Virus record (IMG/VR): IMGVR_UViG_3300040801_002079
Coordinates: 124,001-188,000 of that record
DNA length: 64,000 bases
Reading direction: 5' to 3' (one strand)
Positions 10,401 through 18,472 of this stretch are shown here, piece after piece (positions within the stretch are counted from its first letter, which is position 1; each line of letters opens with the position of its first letter). The position numbers and the translations under genes are program-made. The notes under the pieces are model-generated. The model was given only the letters and a program-made list of their open reading frames with translations, searched no databases and was not told the origin of the DNA.

Positions 10401-12055
10401 GTGTACGCTGAATTTATATCCCATGGTGTTCTTAACTCTATCTGATAAACATTGTCTTCCCATGATCCATAAAAATAAAAATATCTACCATCTATGCTAA
10501 AAGTTGATGCTAGGGTGCCACCATCTATCCAAGAAAAGAATTTAGCATTTGATACATGTGCCCCCTCTATTGACCATGGTTTGTTAATTGTTTGCTCACA
10601 TATTCCACTATTCCCGAAATCTGTCACGAATAACCGTGTCCCATCATCTACAAAGTGTATACCAGTAGGATTTTGCCACGGTTCCGTTACGTGCATTCTT
10701 TCCACAATATTGGTGAGGTTCATCGGATCAAACCCTTCGTCTCTTATATTCGTGGTTCTATCTCCGGTTGTTTCATCCCAATATGCCGTTTTTATAAATG
10801 CCCCGGAACTCTCGTCTGCTGTGTTTTCGTTTGTTATAACAGGCTTTTCTCTGGAAGCATCTTGATTAAACTCGAACCATGTGATAACACTTGGGTATAT
10901 TGGAGGAGCGGGTGACGGCGTAGGGGTTGGTGCCAGATAAACATATTCGATGATCAGTTTTTCAGATATTCCAACCTTAACATGTGAATGTTTGGGCGTA
11001 CTACACTCACCATCACCGTCAAATCCAGCCGTATTAACATATCCATATAATTTAACGAATCCAGTGCTTGCAGATGTTGGGACCAAATCAGCTAGATGTA
11101 TAATGGTTTCATTCGCATTTTTATCATATTCAGATCGAATAATCTTATACTGCTTATCACTATCTGTCCCAGTATCTTCAATTTCAATATAACGATTAGG
11201 AAGCATACCGGTTCTTAATTGAATACTTCCGTGATTAGAACCTTCTGTTGTATTCGTAAACGAAGTTTGGGTCGTACTATGTAAATTTATTGTTGTAAAG
11301 TTGCCATCGAAGTTATAACTTTCGATTAAATATGCTCCGTTATTCTTGTTACCAATTTTATATTCGACAATGGCGTTATCCAATCCAACCGCTATTGGTT
11401 TACTCTCAGATATAACAATTGTTGTAATATTTGATATGGAATCGTATGTTGCAGATAGTACAGTGTACATATCGTCATCAACATCCGCATTATATAGTTT
11501 AAACCTGCCCTCATTGATCAACTCTTGTGTATAATTTCCCTTAACAAGAATTTGTGTCTCTGTGGTAGTGTGTACATCAAGGGTTCTTACGGGAACAACC
11601 AAAAATAATTTCTGAAAAGCTAGCTGTGGACGAATATCGCCCCTAACCACAATTGAATCATATGTTGGTATGGAATCAATTTGTGCGCGAACATCATATG
11701 TGTTATTACCTGAAATGCGAACGGTGTCAGTTACGTTTTCTATTTCATTGATGGGCAATACGTTTACAAGATCGGAGTTATCAAAAATTACACCATAACC
11801 ACCAAGACACTCAAACAAATCACAGCAGTCAACCGAGTCGAATCCACATTCGCCATCCCATGTATATCCATAACCCACTGTTTGACACAAGGGATTATTT
11901 TTATAGTCGATGTTAAAAAATATATTTTCCTCGAACTTTACATCCAAATCTTCTCGAAAATTATAGTTCTCAATAATTTCTAGAATTTTCGTATGGTACG
12001 GTTTAACGTCAAGAAAATATTTTTTAAACGAGTCGGTTGGTCTTGAGTTAGTCAT
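7433..12055 (-). CDS. Large virion fibre/adhesin: N-terminal virion module, STPWDI beta-propeller repeats, LamG-like domains, C-terminal TPTV tail
   Basis: 1540 aa; about 10 xSTPWDIxxA repeats; two VITW-starting LamG-like segments; late promoter at 12061-12067 on -. Confidence 0.8.
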   Translation of the reverse strand: MTNSRPTDSFKKYFLDVKPYHTKILEIIENYNFREDLDVKFEENIFFNIDYKNNPLCQTVGYGYTWDGECGFDSVDCCDLFECLGGYGVIFDNSDLVNVLPINEIENVTDTVRISGNNTYDVRAQIDSIPTYDSIVVRGDIRPQLAFQKLFLVVPVRTLDVHTTTETQILVKGNYTQELINEGRFKLYNADVDDDMYTVLSATYDSISNITTIVISESKPIAVGLDNAIVEYKIGNKNNGAYLIESYNFDGNFTTINLHSTTQTSFTNTTEGSNHGSIQLRTGMLPNRYIEIEDTGTDSDKQYKIIRSEYDKNANETIIHLADLVPTSASTGFVKLYGYVNTAGFDGDGECSTPKHSHVKVGISEKLIIEYVYLAPTPTPSPAPPIYPSVITWFEFNQDASREKPVITNENTADESSGAFIKTAYWDETTGDRTTNIRDEGFDPMNLTNIVERMHVTEPWQNPTGIHFVDDGTRLFVTDFGNSGICEQTINKPWSIEGAHVSNAKFFSWIDGGTLASTFSIDGRYFYFYGSWEDNVYQIELRTPWDINSAYTDYKTSDTNYYVGEEDGIEFSSDGLIMYEHGNGGVASYTLSTAWDITTLDPTSYYYLDLSTLGVDWAEYGGAFSSDGTKYFAIADRYLVPADYFALHSFSLSTPWDISTMTYDSIELSVDESLHSGARALHISDDNTRLYILGEEGNWITQYLMSTPKDLSTATLEGRFEINFWDGVPQDMDISSDGTKLYILTEFGSDLFTFTLSTPWDVTTATCDGNRRNLYHPDVEDISRWAATNAAIFSPDGTSLYVSVEERNPSTFKIYQLTCSTPWDINAAPIAGELVVNSEMHGIYISPDGTKFFGTSIGTDAISEYTLGTPWDITSSVSGGTPLATTSTSDSPVGLKFKPDGTEMYVMCRNRTADFAELEQYTLSTAWDITSATLTNSHNFNYLQGDSSQIYGIDISSDGTKLFMTHAYDAFYEFDMSTPWDISTVRDEDMITGREYNVLSNNSTSGWNSGSTRAESFNFDNDWFHWIWCEPMEDVSDKTLISVGSEKGPAGEDGQGDGWFLMLRGRGIRYVSEVNNPYNPYDSGISISDSFGTHRNEIAFVCRNNSDLIDDEILLFSEEYQRLQRYLICVQWDSTLGRMGISVNGSPFEWHTVTNTPSNPTSNTGDNQWMYTNMGLYGSNTGYKFQGNIGQAVHGDVLLADGDISFFYNSGNGFTYHDLYDKPNWWIDDTDVSVITWLDASDGQWLSTGSSEGEIITNPTDGQSVSAWVNNSGTMPSWRNAANITYRENAFNGLSVARVTGAVNVGTQGNAISDFSNVGMFWVTANIANSSTDTFFSSTDTSSARIRLYNSTVDDGPIATFYPDGGTELTLTQGVGNNPEAGEIVIRGIFKDGTSVKAYYNSEIVDTGTLDVDSFVVDESWIFCNDMTMVDGLNADIGEVIFIQGGLNDFTVEQVIDSLVLKWKGIEATPTPTPTVTPTVTATISLTPTVTPTTTVTPTITPTNTVTPTVTATVTPTLTVTPTVTATVTPTITVTPTVSG

Positions 12056-12121
12056 AAATGTATTTATCTTATTATTATCTACTTGAAATCGCCTATTTTG
12101 TTTGATATAATCCTATTTATT

Positions 12122-12751
12122 ATGAGATTTGTAAAGTATCCAAAAACAAACTATCTGCCATGGTCACGCTCTATTGGTGAGGGAGACCGTGTACTTAAAC
12201 ATATGGATATATTTGAAAATCAGCGAGTTATTGTAACTGAAAAAATGGATGGTGAAAATACCACCATGTATCACTCTAAGATTCATGCTCGTTCTCTGGA
12301 TTCCGTTAATCACCCCTCTAGAAACTGGGTGAAAAATTATTGGGCATCTATTCAATATAATATCCCACATGATATTCGAATTTGCGGAGAAAACTGCTTC
12401 GCAAAACATTCTATTCATTATACCAAATTGCCATCATATTTTCTAGGATTTAATGCTTGGAAAGAAAACACATGTCTAGAATGGGATGAAACTATGGAAT
12501 TATTTTCAACCATAGGTATATCTCCCGTCAAAGTTTTATACGATGACATATATGATGAAAACTTAATTCGAACTATTCCAATAAATGAATCTAAGTGTGA
12601 AGGCTATGTTATGCGCCTAGCGCGATCATTCACTATGGATGAGTTTCCGCGTGTTGTCGGAAAGTATGTAAGAGAAAATCATGTACAGACCGATGAGCAT
12701 TGGATGAAAGGTCCAATGATACCCAATATTCTTAAGGAAATAACACTATGA
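12122..12751 (+). CDS. rnl: RNA ligase (Rnl2-like nucleotidyltransferase)
   Basis: KYPKT, TEKMDGENT motif I, ICGEN, EGYVMR, KYVRENH. Confidence 0.88.
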   Translation: MRFVKYPKTNYLPWSRSIGEGDRVLKHMDIFENQRVIVTEKMDGENTTMYHSKIHARSLDSVNHPSRNWVKNYWASIQYNIPHDIRICGENCFAKHSIHYTKLPSYFLGFNAWKENTCLEWDETMELFSTIGISPVKVLYDDIYDENLIRTIPINESKCEGYVMRLARSFTMDEFPRVVGKYVRENHVQTDEHWMKGPMIPNILKEITL

Positions 12752-12993
12752 TTGTACCAGAAGATACCCTTTTAATGGACGGATATGACGATTGTCTAGA
12801 AGGAATTTGTATTCGCTTTGGTCAAGACCCCATTGCAATATATGATTATGATAAAGTCATTAATAAATTAATGGAAGATGGCCTATCAGAGGTTGACGCA
12901 ACGGAATGGTTCGAATATAATATGATTGGTGCGTGGGTAGGAGAAAAGACTCCCGCATTTATCGTGAAAGATGTAGAGTTTGAATACGAATAA
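12748..12993 (+). CDS. conserved phage hypothetical protein
   Basis: DGYDDCLEG...AIYDYDKVI...EWFEYNMIGAWVG pattern common in aquatic phages. Confidence 0.7.
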   Translation: MIVPEDTLLMDGYDDCLEGICIRFGQDPIAIYDYDKVINKLMEDGLSEVDATEWFEYNMIGAWVGEKTPAFIVKDVEFEYE

Positions 12994-13029
12994 ATTTTTA
13001 ATATAAATATACAATAGGAACATTATAAT

Positions 13030-13245
13030 ATGAATGGCAAAACCGCAAAACTTATCCGGAAAGTTGCATTAACTGCGCCCTACGGCAATAAAGGATTTGA
13101 TGAAGAAGAAACAAAATATGTTATGAGGGAAAGCACAATTATGTTGGCACCCGGAGTTAGACTCACAGAAAAGTTGCTCAAGAAATTCTACAAGCAGGGC
13201 AAATTCACCACAGAAGATTTAAGACAGGGCCTTCTTTCAGAATAA
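13030..13245 (+). CDS. hypothetical protein
   Basis: TATAAATA at 13002 and AGGA SD upstream. Confidence 0.65.
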   Translation: MNGKTAKLIRKVALTAPYGNKGFDEEETKYVMRESTIMLAPGVRLTEKLLKKFYKQGKFTTEDLRQGLLSE

Positions 13246-13571
13246 TGAACGATTTTATAATCTTTGATGAAATTATATCAACCGAGCCTAGCGTCAACTG
13301 GCTTGACTATCTGGGTCAATCGAATGTAAATTTGGTTAATTTACATGCATCCATATATGCCCTTCTCTTGGTTCACAGTGATGATGAGTCATTAAGTGGA
13401 GATGAGCAAAAAACACTGGATGAGGCCCGTGATATTCTGGATCAACATATATCACATGACAATCTTTTTGACATTATGGGTGACGAAGTTGGGTCATATG
13501 ATTATGATCCACAATCAGTTTTAAAGTACGCAGTAAGAATTATTGACTTTTATAAAGGAGATTCAACCTAA
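13245..13571 (+). CDS. hypothetical protein
   Basis: TAATG translational coupling to the upstream gene. Confidence 0.65.
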   Translation: MNDFIIFDEIISTEPSVNWLDYLGQSNVNLVNLHASIYALLLVHSDDESLSGDEQKTLDEARDILDQHISHDNLFDIMGDEVGSYDYDPQSVLKYAVRIIDFYKGDST

Positions 13572-13572
13572 A

Positions 13573-13746
13573 ATGCGTAATGAAATGCAAAAGTTGTTAC
13601 AGTTAACACAAGCACTTGAAAAGGCAACTGATCCCGATGAGAGGGATAGATTGGAAGAAGAAATTTTTAATTTGGAAATGGAAATGGAAGACTATGATGA
13701 TAACCAATATAGGACAAACCATCATCAAAAATTTTCTGACTTTTGA
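13573..13746 (+). CDS. small acidic coiled-coil hypothetical protein
   Basis: AAGGAG SD at about 13555; ATG 13573. Confidence 0.6.
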   Translation: MRNEMQKLLQLTQALEKATDPDERDRLEEEIFNLEMEMEDYDDNQYRTNHHQKFSDF

Positions 13747-13754
13747 ATAAATAC

Positions 13755-13836
13755 GGAAAAATGGGAGTGTCTGGTTATATTGGAGTCTCGCTGGGGAGCG
13801 AGTTTTGTTGGGGACCAGACACTCCCTTATTTTTTA
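13755..13836 (+). ncRNA. Candidate structured small RNA or attenuator behind a late promoter
   Basis: ATAAATA 13747-13753; perfect 13-bp stem 13763-13775/13814-13826 enclosing hairpin CTCGCT-GGGG-AGCGAG; T run follows. Confidence 0.45.
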
Positions 13837-13846
13837 GGGCAGACCA

Positions 13847-14053
13847 ATGATTGATAAAGATGAAGTTGCTATTTTAACCAACAATATTACCAATAGTATT
13901 AAAGACATCTTAGAGAATAAAAAAATTAGTTATATGTCAGATACCCCTGAATTTGTGGAGGGATTGTTGGTCGGACTAGAGATAGCTGGGATTTATGGGA
14001 ATGATATTCAAAAAGTTTATTCTGATTTTGTTTCTCGCAATAATAGCGAGTAG
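13847..14053 (+). CDS. hypothetical protein
   Basis: 68-aa ATG ORF. Confidence 0.55.
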   Translation: MIDKDEVAILTNNITNSIKDILENKKISYMSDTPEFVEGLLVGLEIAGIYGNDIQKVYSDFVSRNNSE

Positions 14054-14261
14054 TTGCACTATAAATGATCCTAAGCCGTTTTTTCCAGAAAATGCGATAA
14101 CGTGTGTGCACAAATATGAAAAAGAAATAAAATTCACTTACTTGCCCGAAAATATCAGCAGATTTATCATCAATGACATGACTATGTTCCATATTGCAAC
14201 CATCGATGATAGAAATGTATTTTTAAACATCTACGAAATAGAAAATTACAACTGTGATTGA
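14001..14261 (+). CDS. putative lipoprotein
   Basis: KK + hydrophobic stretch + lipobox IASSC. Confidence 0.6.
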   Translation: MIFKKFILILFLAIIASSCTINDPKPFFPENAITCVHKYEKEIKFTYLPENISRFIINDMTMFHIATIDDRNVFLNIYEIENYNCD

Positions 14262-14559
14262 CTTAAGCAAAATGAGCCTGCCACGTAAAGTCTTGGTTTA
14301 CATGAGACTCCCTCATTCTTATTACCTAAATATGATTACAGCTATTATTGCTATGATACTGTCCGGTATATTTTTACATCGAAGTGTGACGTATCTAATT
14401 AGCGGTGATATGTGGATTGGGATAATAGAGTTTTTTATTGGTTGTATGATTATCATATTTGGAATAATATGTATTTCAAGATTTATGAGAAAATACCATG
14501 ATTACTTATATGGAATCATAACCAAAGGAAAATCCAATTTGGAGATAAAATTTAAATGA
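14254..14559 (+). CDS. membrane protein (2 TM helices)
   Basis: two long hydrophobic segments. Confidence 0.65.
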   Translation: MIDLSKMSLPRKVLVYMRLPHSYYLNMITAIIAMILSGIFLHRSVTYLISGDMWIGIIEFFIGCMIIIFGIICISRFMRKYHDYLYGIITKGKSNLEIKFK

Positions 14560-14876
14560 ATATGAGAATCAGGACAAAATGGGGTCAAATTATTATAGAC
14601 CCTGAAAGAATTTTTGAAATGCGAGTAGTTGTTAATCCATGGGACAATGTTTACAAAGTAGAGTTTGTCATGGACGGCACATATGAGGTTATACCAGCAG
14701 ATGTGGCAAATGCCAATGAGCTTAACGCTCTTATGCGCAGGGTGACCAATGAACTTCACTTTGTAAAACAATACAAGTTCAAAGATACTACTGGACATTT
14801 GCAGATTAATGAAGCAAGAAGGCGGTCAGCCTTTAAGGAGAGGAAAGAGTATGAAGCGAATAATAATGTACAGTAA
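14556..14876 (+). CDS. hypothetical protein
   Basis: ATGA overlap with the upstream gene. Confidence 0.6.
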   Translation: MNMRIRTKWGQIIIDPERIFEMRVVVNPWDNVYKVEFVMDGTYEVIPADVANANELNALMRRVTNELHFVKQYKFKDTTGHLQINEARRRSAFKERKEYEANNNVQ

Positions 14877-15117
14877 ACCAACATGCAGTTTTTGCACTAA
14901 AGCTAAAAAATTGCTTGATGAGAAAATGGTCCCATATGAGGAAAGAGTGGTTGGGAATGGATATTCGGCAGATCAGGTGAGAGAACATTGTCGAAAATTG
15001 GACCCCAATGCCGTAGTAACAACTGTTCCTCAAATTATTTTACAAATTGATACATCTGAGCAGTACATAGGGGGATATACAGAGTTGGCAGTTAAGGTTC
15101 ATTCTGGAACCTTGTAG
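14851..15117 (+). CDS. nrdC: Glutaredoxin
   Basis: MYSKPTCSFC CxxC, TTVPQI, YIGGYTEL. Confidence 0.9.
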   Translation: MKRIIMYSKPTCSFCTKAKKLLDEKMVPYEERVVGNGYSADQVREHCRKLDPNAVVTTVPQIILQIDTSEQYIGGYTELAVKVHSGTL

Positions 15118-15125
15118 GAGGAAGT

Positions 15126-15443
15126 ATGGATGGTGTTTTAATAGTATTGGCTCTACTTCTGGGCGTTATTATTTCCGCGTGTGCAATAGCATACAAAGAA
15201 AGAAAATTTGAGCCACCGGTCACTGATGAACAAGATAATGTTGTTGTTAACGGCGTTGTTTTGGGTAAGTATTACGGAGACCCTGAAACCAAAACATGCG
15301 TAGAAGTTATAGCGGTTGAAGATGATATGGTCGCCTTTCGACATATGAGCGAAGAAATTCACAGTATGCCAAAAAGCGCATTTTTAGAAAAATATTATAA
15401 GTATCCCAACGGATGTGAGTTCCCGGAAATTGATAGATACTAA
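15126..15443 (+). CDS. membrane-anchored hypothetical protein
   Basis: N-terminal TM helix; GGAGG SD. Confidence 0.65.
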   Translation: MDGVLIVLALLLGVIISACAIAYKERKFEPPVTDEQDNVVVNGVVLGKYYGDPETKTCVEVIAVEDDMVAFRHMSEEIHSMPKSAFLEKYYKYPNGCEFPEIDRY

Positions 15444-15717
15444 AGTAGTACACTGTCAGAGCGAACCATATGATATTTATATTGGTAGACCCAGTATATG
15501 GGGTAATCCGTTCAAAATAAATGATGGGATGACCCGCAAAGAAGCTATAAATGCCTATAGGGATTGGATTCTATATTCCCCAGATGCTGAAGAGCAGCGA
15601 TCTAAATTACACACATTAAAAGGAAAAACACTTGGATGTTGGTGTAAGCCAAAATCATGTCATGGGGATGTTTTGGTTGAATTAGCCGACAATAACGTGC
15701 TAGACTTGCTATCATGA
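15430..15717 (+). CDS. DUF4326 family protein
   Basis: YIGRPSIWGNPF...LKGKTLGCWCKPKSCHGDVL signature. Confidence 0.85.
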   Translation: MIDTKVVHCQSEPYDIYIGRPSIWGNPFKINDGMTRKEAINAYRDWILYSPDAEEQRSKLHTLKGKTLGCWCKPKSCHGDVLVELADNNVLDLLS

Positions 15718-16160
15718 AATACATTAAACAGGACATAACAAAGGTTGAGCGTGGCATCATTGTTCATGGAGTGAATTGTTTAGGTGTTATGGGCAGTGGT
15801 GTCGCGCTAGCTATTCGAAACGCCTTTCCAGTTGTATATGAAAAGTTTAAAGATGCCCCCACTGGAAAAGACATGTTGGGCACCACCCATATGATTACTG
15901 TAAAAGATGATCTTTATGTTGCGAATTGCTACACCCAAGTGAACTATGGTTCAGATAACAGGCGTTACGCAGACTTAGATGCTGTTCGTAAATGTTTAAC
16001 GGATTGCTATGATTTTGCCGATTTAATGCAACTCCCATTATGTTCAGCTAAAATAGCTAGCCTTCGCGGTGGTCTGGATTGGGATACAGAAGTTGAACCT
16101 ATTTTTTTGGAACTAAATAAAGAGTATACGAACGTAGACGTTGCAATTTACTATATATAG
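15714..16160 (+). CDS. Macro domain protein (Poa1p/Appr-1-p processing type)
   Basis: QDITK, IVHGVNCLGVMGSGVA, IASLRGGLDW; ends in TAG. Confidence 0.9.
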   Translation: MKYIKQDITKVERGIIVHGVNCLGVMGSGVALAIRNAFPVVYEKFKDAPTGKDMLGTTHMITVKDDLYVANCYTQVNYGSDNRRYADLDAVRKCLTDCYDFADLMQLPLCSAKIASLRGGLDWDTEVEPIFLELNKEYTNVDVAIYYI

Positions 16161-16169
16161 GAGTATACT

Positions 16170-16355
16170 ATGCTTATTGATGGAACAAACGCTAGTACAG
16201 CAAAATACAATGTAATCGTTAATGGAAGAGTGGTTCGACACAAGGTTCCAAAAATGGTTGCTGAAAACTACATTATAAACTTAGATGAAAATTCACAGAA
16301 AGAGGCCAAAATGGTCCCCGTAACTGATGAAGGAAAAGAAATCTTATTAGGATAG
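16170..16355 (+). CDS. hypothetical protein
   Basis: GGAG SD; same frame as the macro gene; ends in TAG. Confidence 0.65.
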   Translation: MLIDGTNASTAKYNVIVNGRVVRHKVPKMVAENYIINLDENSQKEAKMVPVTDEGKEILLG

Positions 16356-16358
16356 GAA

Positions 16359-16565
16359 ATGGACTTAGAGAAAAAGGAACAGCTAGAAAAGCTGCATGAC
16401 GGAATTGAAGAATTTTTAACATTTATTGAAGAACACGAGGATATTGAAGAGGAAGATGGCGAGTATGAGTTTTTAGCCGATGAATCTGGTGTATCCAATA
16501 CTGAATGGGATAATTTTATTGAATCCCTTAATGTTGTTAGTGAACATATTGAAAAATTAAAATAG
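16359..16565 (+). CDS. small acidic hypothetical protein
   Basis: very Glu/Asp-rich; same frame; ends in TAG. Confidence 0.65.
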   Translation: MDLEKKEQLEKLHDGIEEFLTFIEEHEDIEEEDGEYEFLADESGVSNTEWDNFIESLNVVSEHIEKLK

Positions 16566-16931
16566 ATGTATACTGCATACGTATTAACAGAAAAATCTAG
16601 AAAGACCCTGTTCTTTCTTTTTCCACCAAAATATCCTGAGGTTATTGGTCACCATATAACCGAAACCTTCGGGGTTTCCAAAGATGCTGAAGCTCCGGAA
16701 ATGCCAACGCTTGTTGAGGTTGTTGGCTACATCGACAATGGTGATGGAGTTGAGGGATTCTTGGTGGAAATAGACGGGTCTAGTGATCGCCCATCTGGTG
16801 GTAAATATCACATTACATGGTCAATTGATCGTGATAAGGGATATAAGCCTGTTAATACTAATGATTATACAAATGATGCAAAACCGGTTAAGCCTGTACG
16901 ATTGCAGGTTGAACCCAAAGTGCTCCGGTAG
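16566..16931 (+). CDS. 2H phosphoesterase (cyclic phosphodiesterase-like)
   Basis: two HxT motifs, GHHITE and KYHITW, about 50 aa apart; its stop TAG lies inside the tRNA gene. Confidence 0.65.
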   Translation: MYTAYVLTEKSRKTLFFLFPPKYPEVIGHHITETFGVSKDAEAPEMPTLVEVVGYIDNGDGVEGFLVEIDGSSDRPSGGKYHITWSIDRDKGYKPVNTNDYTNDAKPVKPVRLQVEPKVLR

Positions 16932-16999
16932 CTCAGTTTGGTTAGAGCAAGAGCTTCTAAAACTCATGGTCGTGGGTTCGAATCCCGCCCGGAGCGCCA
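16922..16999 (+). tRNA. tRNA with CUA anticodon in canonical register (putative amber suppressor), encoded CCA
   Basis: 7-bp acceptor GCTCCGG/CCGGAGC, D arm GCTC/GAGC, loop TT-CTA-AA (16955-16961), T arm GTGGG-TTCGAAT-CCCGC, G73, CCA; anticodon stem has two mismatches. Confidence 0.8.
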
Positions 17000-17011
17000 A
17001 GAATTAAAGTT

Positions 17012-17320
17012 ATGTTGACAGAAGGCAAATACAGAAGTAACATAAAAACTGCGGTGTCTAATGTTAGACCTAACCGTCCACCACCAGCACCTAAGGGAAC
17101 TAATACAGTGAAAAAGTCCAGAATAGACATAGATGTAAGCCCTGAAGTCTTTGTTGAAATTTACGAAGCTGTAAGCGATGAAGATACAAAAGCATTTGAT
17201 ATAAATCTCTTTGTTGACGGTAAGTTAGCAGGGAGAATGACAGACATAAGTGCGGAAGATGGGGGCACTTTTTCAACATTAAACGCAAATGCAAGGAGAA
17301 ATATAAAAGATGAGCAATAA
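17012..17320 (+). CDS. hypothetical protein
   Basis: 102-aa ORF after the tRNA. Confidence 0.55.
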   Translation: MLTEGKYRSNIKTAVSNVRPNRPPPAPKGTNTVKKSRIDIDVSPEVFVEIYEAVSDEDTKAFDINLFVDGKLAGRMTDISAEDGGTFSTLNANARRNIKDEQ

Positions 17321-17555
17321 TGAATTAGAAAGAGTTGAAAGATTGCAAAAAGTGGACATTAGTCCGGGTGATATACTGATTGTTTACGTAGATTATGGTA
17401 AACTTCCATCAGATAAAAGAGAGGCGTATGCTGAAAATATCTTAACATATTACAAAAAGGCGTTACATCGAAGTGCGCTTAAAGATGTTAATATAATATT
17501 AGCGCCTAACACTTTTGATCATGCCGTTCTTCACGTAGTGGAAGAGCATATATAA
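17310..17555 (+). CDS. hypothetical protein
   Basis: 81-aa ORF overlapping the upstream gene. Confidence 0.6.
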   Translation: MSNNELERVERLQKVDISPGDILIVYVDYGKLPSDKREAYAENILTYYKKALHRSALKDVNIILAPNTFDHAVLHVVEEHI

Positions 17556-17913
17556 ATAATTTTATAGCCAAAGGAAGATAAAATTATGAATCAGTTTAGG
17601 GGGAGAGTTCCAAATTATGTTGATGCCGGTGAACTTCCTGAATTTGAGTTCGAAACCGAAGAAGAATTACTATCACACTATTGGCTCAAACATTGGACAG
17701 AAATGAGTGATTTTAAAGAATTTCGTTACTCTCCTACTGGACGCAAAAGGGATTATGCTTATTATTTAATGGCAATAATTAAAACACCTCTGTTTAAAAA
17801 GAATGAACATTGGGTTATGGGATTTATAAAGTCATTAGATGGATTATCATTTAAAGAGTGGAAGGAATAGCAAGGTATAAATAATTTTATAACCAAAGGA
17901 GGATAAAATCATG
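17551..17913 (+). repeat. Duplicated 38-nt late promoter + SD + ATG cassette (17551-17588 and 17876-17913)
   Basis: TATAAATAATTTTATA[G/A]CCAAAGGA[A/G]GATAAAAT[T/C]ATG, 35/38 identical. Confidence 0.9.
17586..17870 (+). CDS. hypothetical protein (late-expressed)
   Basis: late promoter and SD directly upstream. Confidence 0.7.
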   Translation: MNQFRGRVPNYVDAGELPEFEFETEEELLSHYWLKHWTEMSDFKEFRYSPTGRKRDYAYYLMAIIKTPLFKKNEHWVMGFIKSLDGLSFKEWKE

Positions 17914-18007
17914 ACATAGATTTACATACGTGGATCACCATAAGTTAGTACCAAATTTAATATCGAATTTAGTACCAAATTTAATACTTAACTTATGGAG
18001 ATTTAAA

Positions 18008-18472
18008 ATGGAAACATTAGTAAAACAAGACGTAAACTTGACAAACGAAATCACATCGTTCTTTGATTCCAAGGAACATTACTTAGAATTCATCGCTGCA
18101 TGGAAAAAAAGCATAGCTGATGGATATCATGAAAGACAGAAGTATACACACCGCATTTATGTTGATGGGTCCCACAAAGAAGTGGAGCTTAAGCATCCAT
18201 CAAAGTTAACATGCGTTCATCACTTAATCTATAATGCGTTACGCAAAAAAGATTTACATAAATCTTTTGCACCGTTAACCAGCGAAGGTAAAATAAATGC
18301 CAACGCTTATCGTGATCCATATTATGCATTTAGACGAGCATGTGATGTTCTAGACCGCAATGTAACATCTCGTTGGGGTAGAACCGATTGGATCAAGGAG
18401 CCTTTTGGTGATACAGTAACAGATGAGATGTTAATTAAGTTGAATGCAGCGTTAAAATGTGTTAAGCTGTAA
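18008..18472 (+). CDS. hypothetical protein
   Basis: GGAG SD at about 17997, ATG 18008. Confidence 0.7.
   Translation: METLVKQDVNLTNEITSFFDSKEHYLEFIAAWKKSIADGYHERQKYTHRIYVDGSHKEVELKHPSKLTCVHHLIYNALRKKDLHKSFAPLTSEGKINANAYRDPYYAFRRACDVLDRNVTSRWGRTDWIKEPFGDTVTDEMLIKLNAALKCVKL

Noticed and set aside
16922-16999. Calling the tRNA Arg(UCU) from the CTTCTAA heptamer
   Set aside because: In that register the anticodon stem does not pair and A20 is absent; the CUA register fits canonical spacing better.
16783-17007. 74-aa ORF across the tRNA
   Set aside because: Alternative-frame overlap of the 2H gene and the tRNA, with no SD.
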